Source: Gammaproteobacteria bacterium (GTDB taxonomy: Bacteria; Pseudomonadota; Gammaproteobacteria; GCA-001735895). From it: DNA of 56,353 bases. Shown here piece by piece: positions 20,000 through 30,300 of this stretch; position 1 is the first letter of the stretch; each line of letters starts with the position of its first letter. The notes beneath the pieces are model-generated. The model saw only the letters and a program-made list of their open reading frames with translations. It was not told the DNA's origin and searched no databases. Where the stretch lies: assembly GCA_047639625.1 (NCBI GenBank), contig JBLIOG010000002.1, positions 1 through 56,353 of the forward strand. Direction: 5' to 3'. Both the position numbers and the translations under genes were made by a program.

Positions 20000-20561
20000 T
20001 GCCACTGACAGGTGACAGGTTGCTAATATCAAAACCGAGACTGTCAAATGCCTTTTGCCAGCGCATATCAGGCTCGACATCGAATAATAAATCAGGGCTG
20101 GAGTTTGAGGTTAACCACGAGTTTTGTTGAAGTTCTGATTCCAGCTGGCCCGGAGCCCAGCCAGAAAAACCGAGCGTTACCAGGTAATGTTTGGGCCCGC
20201 GTTGACCGGCGATATCCTCGAGTATATCTAACGAACTGGTCAACTTGATTTCATCAGAGATATCGACTGTGCCCTGCCACCTTCCATCGTTGCTATGAAG
20301 AACAAAACCCTGTTCGATTTTTACAGGGCCGCCCAAATAAACAGGCTGGTTTTGAATGCTGGGATCTTCACAGGATATGTTCAGTTGGCTAAAAATATCA
20401 TTTAGCACCTGTGTCGTCTGTTGATTGACCACCAGGCCCATACTGCCATCGGTATTGTGTTCGCAAATATAAACAAGACTTGCAGCAAATAATCCATCCT
20501 GGATCGCGGGCGTAGCGATCAGGCATTTGTCAGCCAAACTCGATTCCTGTCCTGTCATCAT
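19992..20561 (-). CDS. yqgE: YqgE/AlgH-family protein (UPF0301)
   Basis: Conserved AlgH motifs are present (FAASLVYICEHNTDGSMGLVVN, GGPV, GFSGWAPGQLE). It lies next to ruvX, as in Pseudomonas. Confidence 0.9.
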   Translation of the reverse strand: MMTGQESSLADKCLIATPAIQDGLFAASLVYICEHNTDGSMGLVVNQQTTQVLNDIFSQLNISCEDPSIQNQPVYLGGPVKIEQGFVLHSNDGRWQGTVDISDEIKLTSSLDILEDIAGQRGPKHYLVTLGFSGWAPGQLESELQQNSWLTSNSSPDLLFDVEPDMRWQKAFDSLGFDISNLSPVSGNA

Positions 20562-21448
20562 CCCACTCCGCTAACTGTTTTAAACTGATTGCTTTTGAAG
20601 TCCCAGGTTCTAATAATAACCAATTGATCGGCTCGTTGTTTAAGTTCTTCAGGGAAAACAGGAAATGGTTCAGCGAGCCGGAGTATTCTTCGAGCGGCTT
20701 CGTCGAGAACGCTGCTTCCTGATGAGCGAGTGATTTCAACTTCAAGAATTTCTCCCTTTGAGTTGAGACGAACACTCAAACGTAACTGGCCATCAATTTT
20801 ATTAACACGGGCTTCCGCGGGATAATTTAGATTGCCTGTTTGTTCGATTTTTCGAACCCAGGCCGCGAGGTAACCGGCTTCGACCGCTTTTTGGGTGCTG
20901 GCGGTAAGCGTTAATACTTTAGGACGCCTGGCATAATCAATAGTCATCTGCCTGATTTCCGCTTGTAATCTTGCGATACGGGCGTGGCGTTGCTGAATTT
21001 TATGAGTTTGTGTGCTCTGATCCTGTAATTGGTCTTTGGCCGGTTTTGATTGGGTTTTGGTGTCGCTTGTTATTTGCGAGATAAAAGTCAGATTCTTTAT
21101 CGCCAACTGATTTTTATGAAGCTCCTGACGAGCCTGCTCTTCAAGTCCTTTTTGTTCAATGGGTGAATTCGCGGAAACCGGCGCACTCGGTCTTGCCTTG
21201 TCATCGGATTTTCCGCCTCCGGCCTGATTGGATTGAGCCAGGTAGTCGGGATTTTCCGCTTCCTCAAAACTATTTGAATTTGCTAGTATGATTTCGAGAC
21301 TGGGTAATGATTTTTGGCTGGAATTGGAGCTACTCGAGAAGCCAACTCCGAGGACAATAATGGCATGAACAGCAAGAGCTAAAAACAAGGTAAAACCGAG
21401 GCGATCACTGGCGGTTATTCGAGGTGAGGTGTTAGAGCTGGTAGTCAT
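20558..21448 (-). CDS. TonB-family protein (TonB3-like, C-terminal TonB domain)
   Basis: It has an N-terminal TM helix (LGFTLFLALAVHAIIVLGVGF). The C-terminal TonB_C-like segment reads YPAEARVNKIDGQLRLSVRLNSKGEILEVEITRSSGSSVLDEAARRIL. The spacer is Q/S/K-rich rather than Pro-rich. Confidence 0.75.
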   Translation of the reverse strand: MTTSSNTSPRITASDRLGFTLFLALAVHAIIVLGVGFSSSSNSSQKSLPSLEIILANSNSFEEAENPDYLAQSNQAGGGKSDDKARPSAPVSANSPIEQKGLEEQARQELHKNQLAIKNLTFISQITSDTKTQSKPAKDQLQDQSTQTHKIQQRHARIARLQAEIRQMTIDYARRPKVLTLTASTQKAVEAGYLAAWVRKIEQTGNLNYPAEARVNKIDGQLRLSVRLNSKGEILEVEITRSSGSSVLDEAARRILRLAEPFPVFPEELKQRADQLVIIRTWDFKSNQFKTVSGVG

Positions 21449-21519
21449 TTAGTCATCTATTGTGCCAAGTTCGTGGCACGATCACCAGAAAAACTACCCT
21501 CTGATTTAATACAGAGAAA

Positions 21520-22545
21520 TTATTCCGGCTCAATGATGTTGACGGGCCAGGGAGTATATAACTCAAGTTGGTCGTATAGCTGCCGACTTACAATGACCCT
21601 TTTGTCTTTATCAATGATCAAATAATGATCGATGCCAAGTCGTTTTGAGATATTGTGGTGGTTTTCGATGCCATCAATCATCAAGGTTGTAGCGGCTACA
21701 TCGGCGAGAACGGGGTCGGTTGACATGACAGTTGCAGACGCAATATTTATGGATGGCAATCCGTTTCGTGGATCAATAATGTGATGAACGATTCGGCCTC
21801 CTTTTCGATAAAAACGTTGATAATTACCTGATGTAAATAAACTATTGTCTGATTCAAGTTTGATCCCGGCAACCACTCCCGGGGCAAAGGGATTCTGTAT
21901 GCCGATTTTCCAGGGTTTACCATTGCGCATTCCGGCGCTGGTTATATCGCCTCCTGCATTGAGAAGATAATTGTTTATTCCGTTGCTATCTAACATGTTG
22001 GCTATTCGAGACAAGGCGAGTCCTTTGGCGATCCCGCCAAAATCGAGTGCCAGGTTTTGATTAGTACTACGTATCAATTGACCATGCCATTGAAGATCAC
22101 TCATGACTGGAATATCAGTTCGAATCGCGTCTATTTTGTTAACATTACCAAACTCGGGATTATGAAATCCATACGCAGCAACTAAATCCCCCAGCGCTGG
22201 ATTAAATAAATTGTTGGTTTTTTCCGAATAACCGATAGATAACTCGACCAGGTCTTTGACGGAATCAGGTACTGCAACAAATTCTCCACTGCTGAGCGCC
22301 AAATTAAATTCACTCAGATCAGATTTTTCCCAGGCGTGCCATTGCCGCCTTTGACTGTGTAAACATGCTTCAATCTGGTCAAATATATTTTCAGCATTCT
22401 GATGATCGCCGAGCACTAGCGTAACTTTTATCAGCGTTCCAAATTCAATGAATGTTTGCTCGGCGATTTTGGCAGTTGGTTGGCAGGCGACAAGACCGAT
22501 CCCAATAATAATCGGAAATAACCGCTTAATAAATGAGACGATCAA
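21520..22545 (-). CDS. apbE: ApbE-family FAD:protein FMN transferase, lipoprotein
   Basis: It has a signal peptide with a lipobox (IGIGLVAC). ApbE motifs DFGGIAKG, NAGGD, TSGNYQRF and HHIIDPRNG are present. It has a 4-nt overlap with gshB. Confidence 0.85.
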   Translation of the reverse strand: MIVSFIKRLFPIIIGIGLVACQPTAKIAEQTFIEFGTLIKVTLVLGDHQNAENIFDQIEACLHSQRRQWHAWEKSDLSEFNLALSSGEFVAVPDSVKDLVELSIGYSEKTNNLFNPALGDLVAAYGFHNPEFGNVNKIDAIRTDIPVMSDLQWHGQLIRSTNQNLALDFGGIAKGLALSRIANMLDSNGINNYLLNAGGDITSAGMRNGKPWKIGIQNPFAPGVVAGIKLESDNSLFTSGNYQRFYRKGGRIVHHIIDPRNGLPSINIASATVMSTDPVLADVAATTLMIDGIENHHNISKRLGIDHYLIIDKDKRVIVSRQLYDQLELYTPWPVNIIEPE

Positions 22546-23489
22546 TGCAAATGTTTTTCTATGGTGTTAAACAGATCGGCACTGATATTTAAGTTAAATT
22601 CGCTATCGAGTTCGCGAATACAGGTAGGGCTGGTGACATTAATTTCAGTCAGGTAATCACCAATGACATCAATCCCGACAAAAATTAAGCCGCGGTCACG
22701 AAGGGCAGGTCCGATTTGTTCGCAGATCCAGTAGTCCCGATCGCTCAACGGCTGTCCACGGGTTGTTGCGCCTGCAGCAATGTTTCCACGGTTTTCACCT
22801 TTGGCAGGTAGTCGTGCCAGCGCATAGGGAACTGGTATTCCATCGATGAGTAGTATTCTTTTATCGCCTTGAGTGATTTCTGGAATAAATTTTTGAGCCA
22901 TAGTTTGCGATTTTCCACGCTGAGTGACTGTTTCGAGAATGACGTTGGTATTACTGTCACCGGCTTTAACCCTGAAAATAGACTCGCCCCCCATACCATC
23001 AAGCGGTTTGATAATGACATCCTGGTGCTGGTTTATGAACTCTATAAGACGCTTAGGGTCTCGACTGACACGTGTATCGACGCAGCATTGTGGGAAATAC
23101 CGAGTAAACATTTTCTCATTGCAATCGCGCAGACTTGAGGGCCGGTTCACGACTAGAGTTCCTGCTTCACTAGCTTGTTCGAGTAAGTAGGTTGCGTAAA
23201 TATATTCGAGATCAAAGGGTGGGTCTTTGCGCATAATAACGACATCGAGTGAATCTAATAGACAGCTTTCGTAGTCAGATTGTTCAAACCAGTTTTGATT
23301 GTCGTCGATCAGGGTAAGCCGTCGGTATCGCGCCATCGAGATACCGTTATCCATATATAGATCGTTGATTTGCATGTAATAAATCGGCCAGCCGCGTGCC
23401 TGGGCTTCAAGCATCATTGCGAAACTGGAGTCTTTCCAGGGTTTGATGGATTCAATTGGGTCCATTACCACGCCTAGTTTACGAGTCAT
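22542..23489 (-). CDS. gshB: Glutathione synthetase
   Basis: It is a prokaryotic GshB ATP-grasp protein of 315 aa (MRKDPPFD, IIKPLDGMGG, NIAAGA, GIDVIGDYLTEINVTSP). Confidence 0.9.
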   Translation of the reverse strand: MTRKLGVVMDPIESIKPWKDSSFAMMLEAQARGWPIYYMQINDLYMDNGISMARYRRLTLIDDNQNWFEQSDYESCLLDSLDVVIMRKDPPFDLEYIYATYLLEQASEAGTLVVNRPSSLRDCNEKMFTRYFPQCCVDTRVSRDPKRLIEFINQHQDVIIKPLDGMGGESIFRVKAGDSNTNVILETVTQRGKSQTMAQKFIPEITQGDKRILLIDGIPVPYALARLPAKGENRGNIAAGATTRGQPLSDRDYWICEQIGPALRDRGLIFVGIDVIGDYLTEINVTSPTCIRELDSEFNLNISADLFNTIEKHLH

Positions 23490-23797
23490 GAGGTCTCTCT
23501 ATATAATTAATGCGGCGACTTGCCGCTTTCTTGTTTCAACATTAACTTTACAAACGATTCAGTCTGCAGTTATTAGCGGATAAATGATCATACGCAGGTG
23601 ATGATGATTTATGAGTATACAAGGGAGGCGGTTTAATTAACACGACGAGAGGAAGGCTACAGCATGAAGAATAACCTATTCGAATATAGAATTTACATTA
23701 CCAAGTTCAAATAAATGACTGGTTTTGCTTGGAAATATAAATATAATCGGGGCATTGACTATATCTGATTTTAACCATCAATCCTATTGGGGGATGC

Positions 23798-24229
23798 GTG
23801 AACGACGAGTCTCGACAGCCTGATGATAGTCAGGGTACGCCTACTTTGAATGTCAAAGTTATGGTTATCGACGACAGCAAAACTATCAGACGGAGTGCAG
23901 AAACTCTGTTGAAAAAAGTGGGCTGTGAAGTAATCACTGCAATCGATGGTTTTGAAGCGCTGGCAAAAATAACCGTGCACAGACCGGATATCATTTTTGT
24001 CGATATCATGATGCCAAGGCTGGACGGCTACCAGACCTGTGCTCTCATCAAAAATAACGAAAATTTTAAGTCGACGCCGGTCATAATGTTATCGAGCAAG
24101 GACAGCATTTTTGATCGAGCGCGAGGGCGGATTGTCGGGTCTGAAAAATACCTGACCAAACCTTTTTCCAAAGAAGATCTCATTAATGCTATTAACACCC
24201 ATGTCGGACAAATTGTCGGCCCTGAATAA
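23798..24229 (+). CDS. pilG: Twitching-motility response regulator PilG (CheY-like)
   Basis: Long stretches match P. aeruginosa PilG as I remember it (VMVIDDSKTIRRSAETLLKKVGCEVITAIDGFEALAKI, IFVDIMMPRLDGYQTCALIKNN, YLTKPFSKE). The start is a GTG at 23798. Confidence 0.9.
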   Translation: MNDESRQPDDSQGTPTLNVKVMVIDDSKTIRRSAETLLKKVGCEVITAIDGFEALAKITVHRPDIIFVDIMMPRLDGYQTCALIKNNENFKSTPVIMLSSKDSIFDRARGRIVGSEKYLTKPFSKEDLINAINTHVGQIVGPE

Positions 24230-24254
24230 CCGGTAACTACGAGGATAAGTTTCA

Positions 24255-24617
24255 GTGACACATATATTGATCATCGATGATTCGCCAACGGAAGTTCACG
24301 TTTTCAGGGCTATTCTAGAACGGCATGAAATCCAGGTATCAGTAGCAGTGAATGGTGAAGAAGGTATAGAAAAAGCCATCGAAATAAACCCCGATTTAAT
24401 ACTAATGGACGTGGTGATGCCTGGTAAAAATGGTTTTCAGGCTACCCGTGATTTGAGTAGAAATCCCAGTACTGCAAATATCCCGGTGATTATCATCACT
24501 ACAAAAGATCAGGAAACTGACAAAATTTGGGGAATGCGGCAGGGGGCTCGAGATTATATTGTCAAGCCGACCAAAGAACATGATTTAATGGAACGTATTA
24601 ATCGACTTTTGAATTGA
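24255..24617 (+). CDS. pilH: Response regulator PilH (CheY-like)
   Basis: This is a single receiver domain (ILIIDDS, LILMDVVMPG, YIVKP). It sits between pilG and pilI. The start is a GTG. Confidence 0.9.
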   Translation: MTHILIIDDSPTEVHVFRAILERHEIQVSVAVNGEEGIEKAIEINPDLILMDVVMPGKNGFQATRDLSRNPSTANIPVIIITTKDQETDKIWGMRQGARDYIVKPTKEHDLMERINRLLN

Positions 24618-24621
24618 TACC

Positions 24622-25155
24622 ATGTCGATTACCTCTCCATTTGAGATGCTGGTTGCCCTGGATGACCGCTGTCGTCGCAATTCTCAGGGGTTGCCTGTCA
24701 ATAAATCGGTTACCGATGAGTGGGTCGGTATAGGTTTCCGAATTGGTGATCGAGCATTGTTGGCGAAGATGGATGAAATCAGTGAGATTTTACCGCCACC
24801 GCCAACGATCCGTGTACCCGGCGTTCGTTTTTGGGTCAAGGGCCTGTCCAATATTCGCGGTAACTTGTTACCTATTCTAGATATGAAAGCATTCCTTGAT
24901 GGCAATATTACAGAAACAAAAAAAGAAAGTCGGATTCTGGTGATCGATAAACAGGGTCTTAGGGCTGGGCTGATTGTGGATGAGGTTTATGGATTGCGAC
25001 GATTCAAGCCCGATGAGCTGAAAACCGAGGAATCGACTTTGACGGGCACCATTAAAAATTATCTTGCTGGAATTTTTGATGACTCAATTCGTCGTTGGGA
25101 CGTATTCAGTGTTGAAAAACTGGTCAAGTCTGATCAATTTATCAGGGTTGTGTAG
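24622..25155 (+). CDS. pilI: CheW-like coupling protein PilI
   Basis: It has a CheW-like domain (NIRGNLLPILDMKAFL, ILVIDKQGLRAGLIVDEVYG) and the expected position. Confidence 0.85.
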   Translation: MSITSPFEMLVALDDRCRRNSQGLPVNKSVTDEWVGIGFRIGDRALLAKMDEISEILPPPPTIRVPGVRFWVKGLSNIRGNLLPILDMKAFLDGNITETKKESRILVIDKQGLRAGLIVDEVYGLRRFKPDELKTEESTLTGTIKNYLAGIFDDSIRRWDVFSVEKLVKSDQFIRVV

Positions 25156-25191
25156 CTTAATGAAGATCTGTCAATTTGTAAAGAGAGGCCA

Positions 25192-27339
25192 ATGGCACTT
25201 TTAAATAAACTGAAAAATATATTTACACGCGATAGTTCGGGATCTCCTGCTGTAATGTCCAGCGGCGGTGGTCGAAGCATTTATCGTAAGGTCCAGGTGC
25301 TGGGTGTCTTGTTAATTCTGTCGATTGTCGTCATGGCAGTTGTATTCACTATTGAAAATATCTCTGCGCGACAAAATAAAACCTATTTCACGCTTTCTTC
25401 GCAACAGGAAGTTTTATCGCAGCAAATCGCAATAAATGCTTTGGAAGCGTCTACTGCTGATCGTGATGGCTTTAAGGAGCTGGCATCAAATCAAGCTCAA
25501 TTTTTGAATAACTTATCAATCCTTCAAAATGGGGATCCTCAAACAGGATTGCCTGCGTTGCCGGATATTTATAACCTTGAATTTTCTGATTTGAGGTCCT
25601 CCTGGAATGGCTACAATAAAAGTATCACGACCATTGTGCAGGCAGGCGATTCAATGCAAACCGTTAGTAATCTGATTGTGGATATCGAAGAAACACTGCC
25701 TGAGCTTGTTACTCTGTCCGAAGATGTTATCTCTATATTGGCGAATGCAAAAGCACCGCAACGTGATGTAGCAGTTGCGGCTCGCCAGCTGGCATTAGTC
25801 GTTGGTCTTAAAAGCAGTCTTAATCAGATACTCAACGAGGGTGATGTGGTTATGGAGGCCGCACATAAGTTTTCAATCGATGCAGAATTAATCGGTCGGC
25901 AGGCGGATGGCATGTTAAAGGGCAGCAGCGAGCTAAAAATCAAAAAATTCACCAATGCAGAAGCCATTACAAAACTGGTAAGATTTAAAGACGAATATTC
26001 CGTCGTAGCCGGTTACGTCAATCAAATTGATGTTAACTCGCAGGAATTGTTCAATGTGCACGAATCGGTCATCAATATTCAGGCGTTGAGCGAAGGCGTA
26101 CTTAATCGCTCCCGTCAATTGGGTGCACGGATAGAATTAGGGGATAGTGATCTCAAAACCCTGAGTCTGGTTGGTTATGCTTTTGGTGTGCTCGCACTTC
26201 TTTTACTTGGATTGTTGGCCGCTTTAATCATTCGTGAATCTCAGCAACGATTGACTGAATCACAGGAACAAAACGACAAAAACCAACGAGCGATTCTTCG
26301 GCTACTCGATGAAATGACCAATCTGGCCGATGGTGATCTATCGACGCACACCACAGTAACTGAGGATATTACTGGCGCTATCGCCGACTCCGTAAATTAT
26401 TCAATCGATGCATTGCGGGATCTGGTCGGTACCATTAATAACACTGCGGTGCAGGTTAGTAGTGCGGTTCGTCGTACTCAGAAAACCACGATTCTGCTGG
26501 CGGAAGCGAGTGAGACTCAGGCAAAGGAAATTGCCAGTGCCAGTTCAGCCGTTACGAGAATTTCAGACTCGATGTCGAGCGTATCGGAGCGAGCAACTGA
26601 TTCAGCAGAAGTCGCGCGAAAGTCAGTCAGTATTGCGCATAAAGGTGGTGAAACTGTGCGGCAGACGATCGAAGGTATGGAAACGATTCGCGAACAGATT
26701 CAGGAGACTTCCAAGCGGATTAAGCGGCTTGGTGAAAGTTCCCAGGAAATAGGGGACATAGTAGGCTTAATTACTGAAATCTCCGACCAGACTAATATTC
26801 TCGCTCTAAATGCTGCGATTCAGGCGTCGATGGCGGGTGAAGCCGGTCGTGGTTTCGCAGTCGTAGCGGACGAAGTTCAACGACTTGCTGAGCGAACTGG
26901 TGATGCTACCAAGCAGATAGAAGCGCTGGTAAAAACGATTCAGGCCGATACCAATGAAGCAACCGTCTCGATGGAGCATAGTACTTCGAACGTAGTTAAA
27001 GGTGCTCGACTGGCAGAGAATGCAGGTAGCGCGCTCGACAGAATCGAACAGGTATCGATGAACCTGGCTCAACGGATACTTGAGATTTCCGACTCAACTA
27101 AAGAGCAGGCTGCTGATAGTGTCAAAATAACCAAAAGTATGGATGCCATTCAGAGCATCACACTCCGTACTTCAGAAGGAACAACCGAAGCGTCTAATGC
27201 CATGGGCCAGCTTGCAAGTATGGTCGGAGAAATGCATAACTCAGTCGATGGTTTTAAACTTCCAGGTATGGGTTCGTCAGACAGCACAATGATTTCCCAT
27301 TTGGATGATTTGGCTGGATTCAATCTTAATGAAGAGTAA
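25192..27339 (+). CDS. pilJ: Methyl-accepting chemotaxis-like receptor PilJ
   Basis: It has two TM helices flanking a roughly 290-aa periplasmic domain. It has a HAMP domain and the MCP signalling hairpin [41 protein letters not shown]. Confidence 0.9.
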   Translation: MALLNKLKNIFTRDSSGSPAVMSSGGGRSIYRKVQVLGVLLILSIVVMAVVFTIENISARQNKTYFTLSSQQEVLSQQIAINALEASTADRDGFKELASNQAQFLNNLSILQNGDPQTGLPALPDIYNLEFSDLRSSWNGYNKSITTIVQAGDSMQTVSNLIVDIEETLPELVTLSEDVISILANAKAPQRDVAVAARQLALVVGLKSSLNQILNEGDVVMEAAHKFSIDAELIGRQADGMLKGSSELKIKKFTNAEAITKLVRFKDEYSVVAGYVNQIDVNSQELFNVHESVINIQALSEGVLNRSRQLGARIELGDSDLKTLSLVGYAFGVLALLLLGLLAALIIRESQQRLTESQEQNDKNQRAILRLLDEMTNLADGDLSTHTTVTEDITGAIADSVNYSIDALRDLVGTINNTAVQVSSAVRRTQKTTILLAEASETQAKEIASASSAVTRISDSMSSVSERATDSAEVARKSVSIAHKGGETVRQTIEGMETIREQIQETSKRIKRLGESSQEIGDIVGLITEISDQTNILALNAAIQASMAGEAGRGFAVVADEVQRLAERTGDATKQIEALVKTIQADTNEATVSMEHSTSNVVKGARLAENAGSALDRIEQVSMNLAQRILEISDSTKEQAADSVKITKSMDAIQSITLRTSEGTTEASNAMGQLASMVGEMHNSVDGFKLPGMGSSDSTMISHLDDLAGFNLNEE

Positions 27340-27365
27340 CTGAGCCTTCGTAATCGGACAGTAAT

Positions 27366-30300
27366 ATGAATCTTCAAGAATCGTCGATAAAACAGAGTGC
27401 GCTTGGCTGGGTCAAGAAGTCTATCGATGACTATTTGTCTGAAATCAAAACCAATCTTAAACTCTATATCGAAGAAGGTGATGAAAACCTGCTCGAAAAC
27501 GTAAATGACCGCCTTAGTCTGATCCAGGGCGTTCTGATGATGATAGAGCAGTATGGCGCCGCCATGCTGACCGAAGAAATGTTATCGCTGGGTCAATATA
27601 TCCTCGACAAGCAAAATGATAATAGTAATCAGGCATTGGAGGTATTATTACGAGCAGTGCTTCAACTGCCAGATTATCTCGAACATATTCAGTCAGGACA
27701 TAAAGATATCCCGATTGCGATCCTGCCATTATTAAACGATATTCGAACAGTCAAAAATCAGGATCTATTTTCAGAAAAACTACTATTTCTGCCTGATCTT
27801 TCGATGCACAAACAGGCTGCAGATCTTGAGACAATTGATGACCGTAAAAACCACGCGTCAAAATTGCTGGCAAAGAAATTACGCCCGGTTTATCAAATAT
27901 CCCTGCTAAATGTTATCAAAGATCAAAAGATCGAGGAAAGTTTACGCAAGCTTGAAAAAGTGTGTGATGTACTCGAAGAGCGTTCTGCATCTGAGCAAAT
28001 AGCAAGAATCTGGTGGATTATTGGAGCCCTGATTGAATCTCTGAAACGTCAGCAACTCGAGTTAGGCGTATCGATCAAAAGTCTACTTGGTAAGGTTGAT
28101 GCGTTATTCCGGGTGCTTTTAATCATCGGTGAAAAAGGGTTGTTACAACGGCAGCCCGTAGATCTAATAAAAAACTTCCTGTATTACCTCGCGCAGCCAG
28201 AGTGTGATGGTCCGAAAACAAAAGCAATAAAAACGGCCTATAGACTTGAGCAGTTTCTACCCAGTGAAGCGGCTCGAAGCAAAGTTTTAAGTAATATTGC
28301 CGGCCCGAATCAGGCCCTACTAAAAACAGTAGCTGAAGCTGTCAAAGCTGATATAGAAACGGTTAAATCAACTCTCGAAGTTTATGTCAATGGTGATCCA
28401 GCGAATATAAGCTTGATAAAAGACCTTCCCCATGAACTCCATATAATTTCTGATACCCTCGCAATGATCGGGTTTGGGCAGCAGCGTCAACTGATTGAGG
28501 GGCAAATTGGTGTTGTTAAAAAGATAATTAGTAGTGAAATATCGGCGGATGAAGAACAATTACTGTTAATGGCCGAAGAGCTGATTCAAGTTGAGCAATC
28601 TCTTGATTTGATGCAATTTCGTATACCGGTTGTGGCCGAAGAAAGTCGTGACGAATCCACCATGTCGCGAGATTTCGAATTTGGCAATGTGATTTCTGCG
28701 GTTGTTTCTGCCGCACTTGATAATATTCAGAAAACAAAGAGTGCCATACTCGAATTCGTCAAAGATACCAGCCGCTACGATAATATTGAACTTTGCAATG
28801 TGATGCTGAATGAAGCGCGTGGTGCATTGATATTGATGAATCATGATCGTGCTGTTTCAGTTATAGATGGTCTGATGTTGTACCTTAAAGACTATGACCC
28901 TGATACCTTTATTGAAGCGGCTAGTCTTGATAGCCTTTCGCAGGTAGTTGTTAGCCTTGAGTATTATCTGGAGGCAGTAGGAGAGCATCGTGGCGATGTT
29001 GATGACATCCTGGGTTTTGCAAATATTCAATTACAGGGCCTCCTCTCGGGCGTAAAAATCGAGGAATTCACCCCGCTTGAACCGGAAGAAGAACTGGTCA
29101 TTTCTGGTGAAGACCAATCGAAGGTCGATGTTGAGTCTGAATTAGATATTAGTATAGATTTACCGAGCATAAAAACCGTCGACGAGTCTATAGATCTAGA
29201 CTTAATTGACCGTGGTGTAAATGTTCTTTCTGATCCGTCGGATGAGCTTTCTGACGATGAAGTGGGTGTTTCCAGCCAGCAGGTAGGGACTGGGTCTGAG
29301 ATCGAAGAAGAGCCAGATCATGCAAAGGTATTGATTGATGTACCTGGATTTGCTCTGCCTGAAACTGACCAGGAGATAGTCCACGAGCTCAGTGGGGAGC
29401 TCGAAGATCTTCATGCGGTTTTAGAAATTGACGAATCTGGTCAAGTTCCGAGTCTGTCCGAAATTGAACAAACAGACAGCCAGTACGAAGACAGGCAATG
29501 GATAGCCGAGGCTAAAGATACTGGAGCCAGACATGTTGTGCCAGTGGTTGAAGAGCTTGAAATATTAAAGGAGGGTAGCGATCCTGAAATACTTGAAATT
29601 TACCTGGAAGAAGCTGAAGAAGAGTCCATAAATATCGCGCGAATGCAGCAAGATTGGTTAATGCACCCCGAAGATGAGAATGCATTAAGGAATATTCGTC
29701 GGGCTTTCCATACCATCAAGGGCAGCGGTCGTTTGGTTGGTGCAAGCAAAATTGGAGAATTTGCTTGGGATTATGAGCAGTTGCTCAATCGTGTTATTGA
29801 TAAAACAGTTATTACAGACTCTGAGCTGATTGGCGCAGTAGGACTTGCCTCAGGAGCAATGTTCGAACTTGTTGAAGAATTGAAGTCAAGAAAGCCACCG
29901 GGTTGCGATATTGCCTGGTTACGCGGGTTAGCAAGAAGTTTATCTGAATTTAGGGCAGATAAGGTGCTTAGCGAACATACTATGACCCTGCAACGGACAG
30001 AGACCGACGATGATCGGATAACTGACGAACCTCTTGACCCAGCTCGACTGGTTGATATCGATGACGATGATTTTGCAACTCCGATTGATTCTTCTGATCG
30101 GGTAAATCCAAACACTCAAGGGATTTCAGAGCATGATCCGGAGTCTGCTGTGGCAGCTGTTCAGGAAGAAGCGTTCCAGTCGGTCACTGATGATCCAGTA
30201 GAAGAAATTGAATTAACCGGCCTGCCCGGGATGGAGCAAGTCTCCGATTCTCCGATGGACGCTATCGCACAACTTGCGCATAACCTGCGCGATCCCGAAA

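Noticed and set aside
20530-20775. 81-aa ORF overlapping the tonB-like gene and the start of yqgE.
   Set aside because: It is an alternative frame of a region already covered by the TonB C-terminal domain and has no independent support.
27340-27365. I searched the pilJ-chpA gap and the chpA-chpC gap (33516..33533) for hidden pilK/chpB genes.
   Set aside because: The gaps are only 26 and 18 nt, and no CheR-like or CheB-like translation appears in any frame of the cluster.
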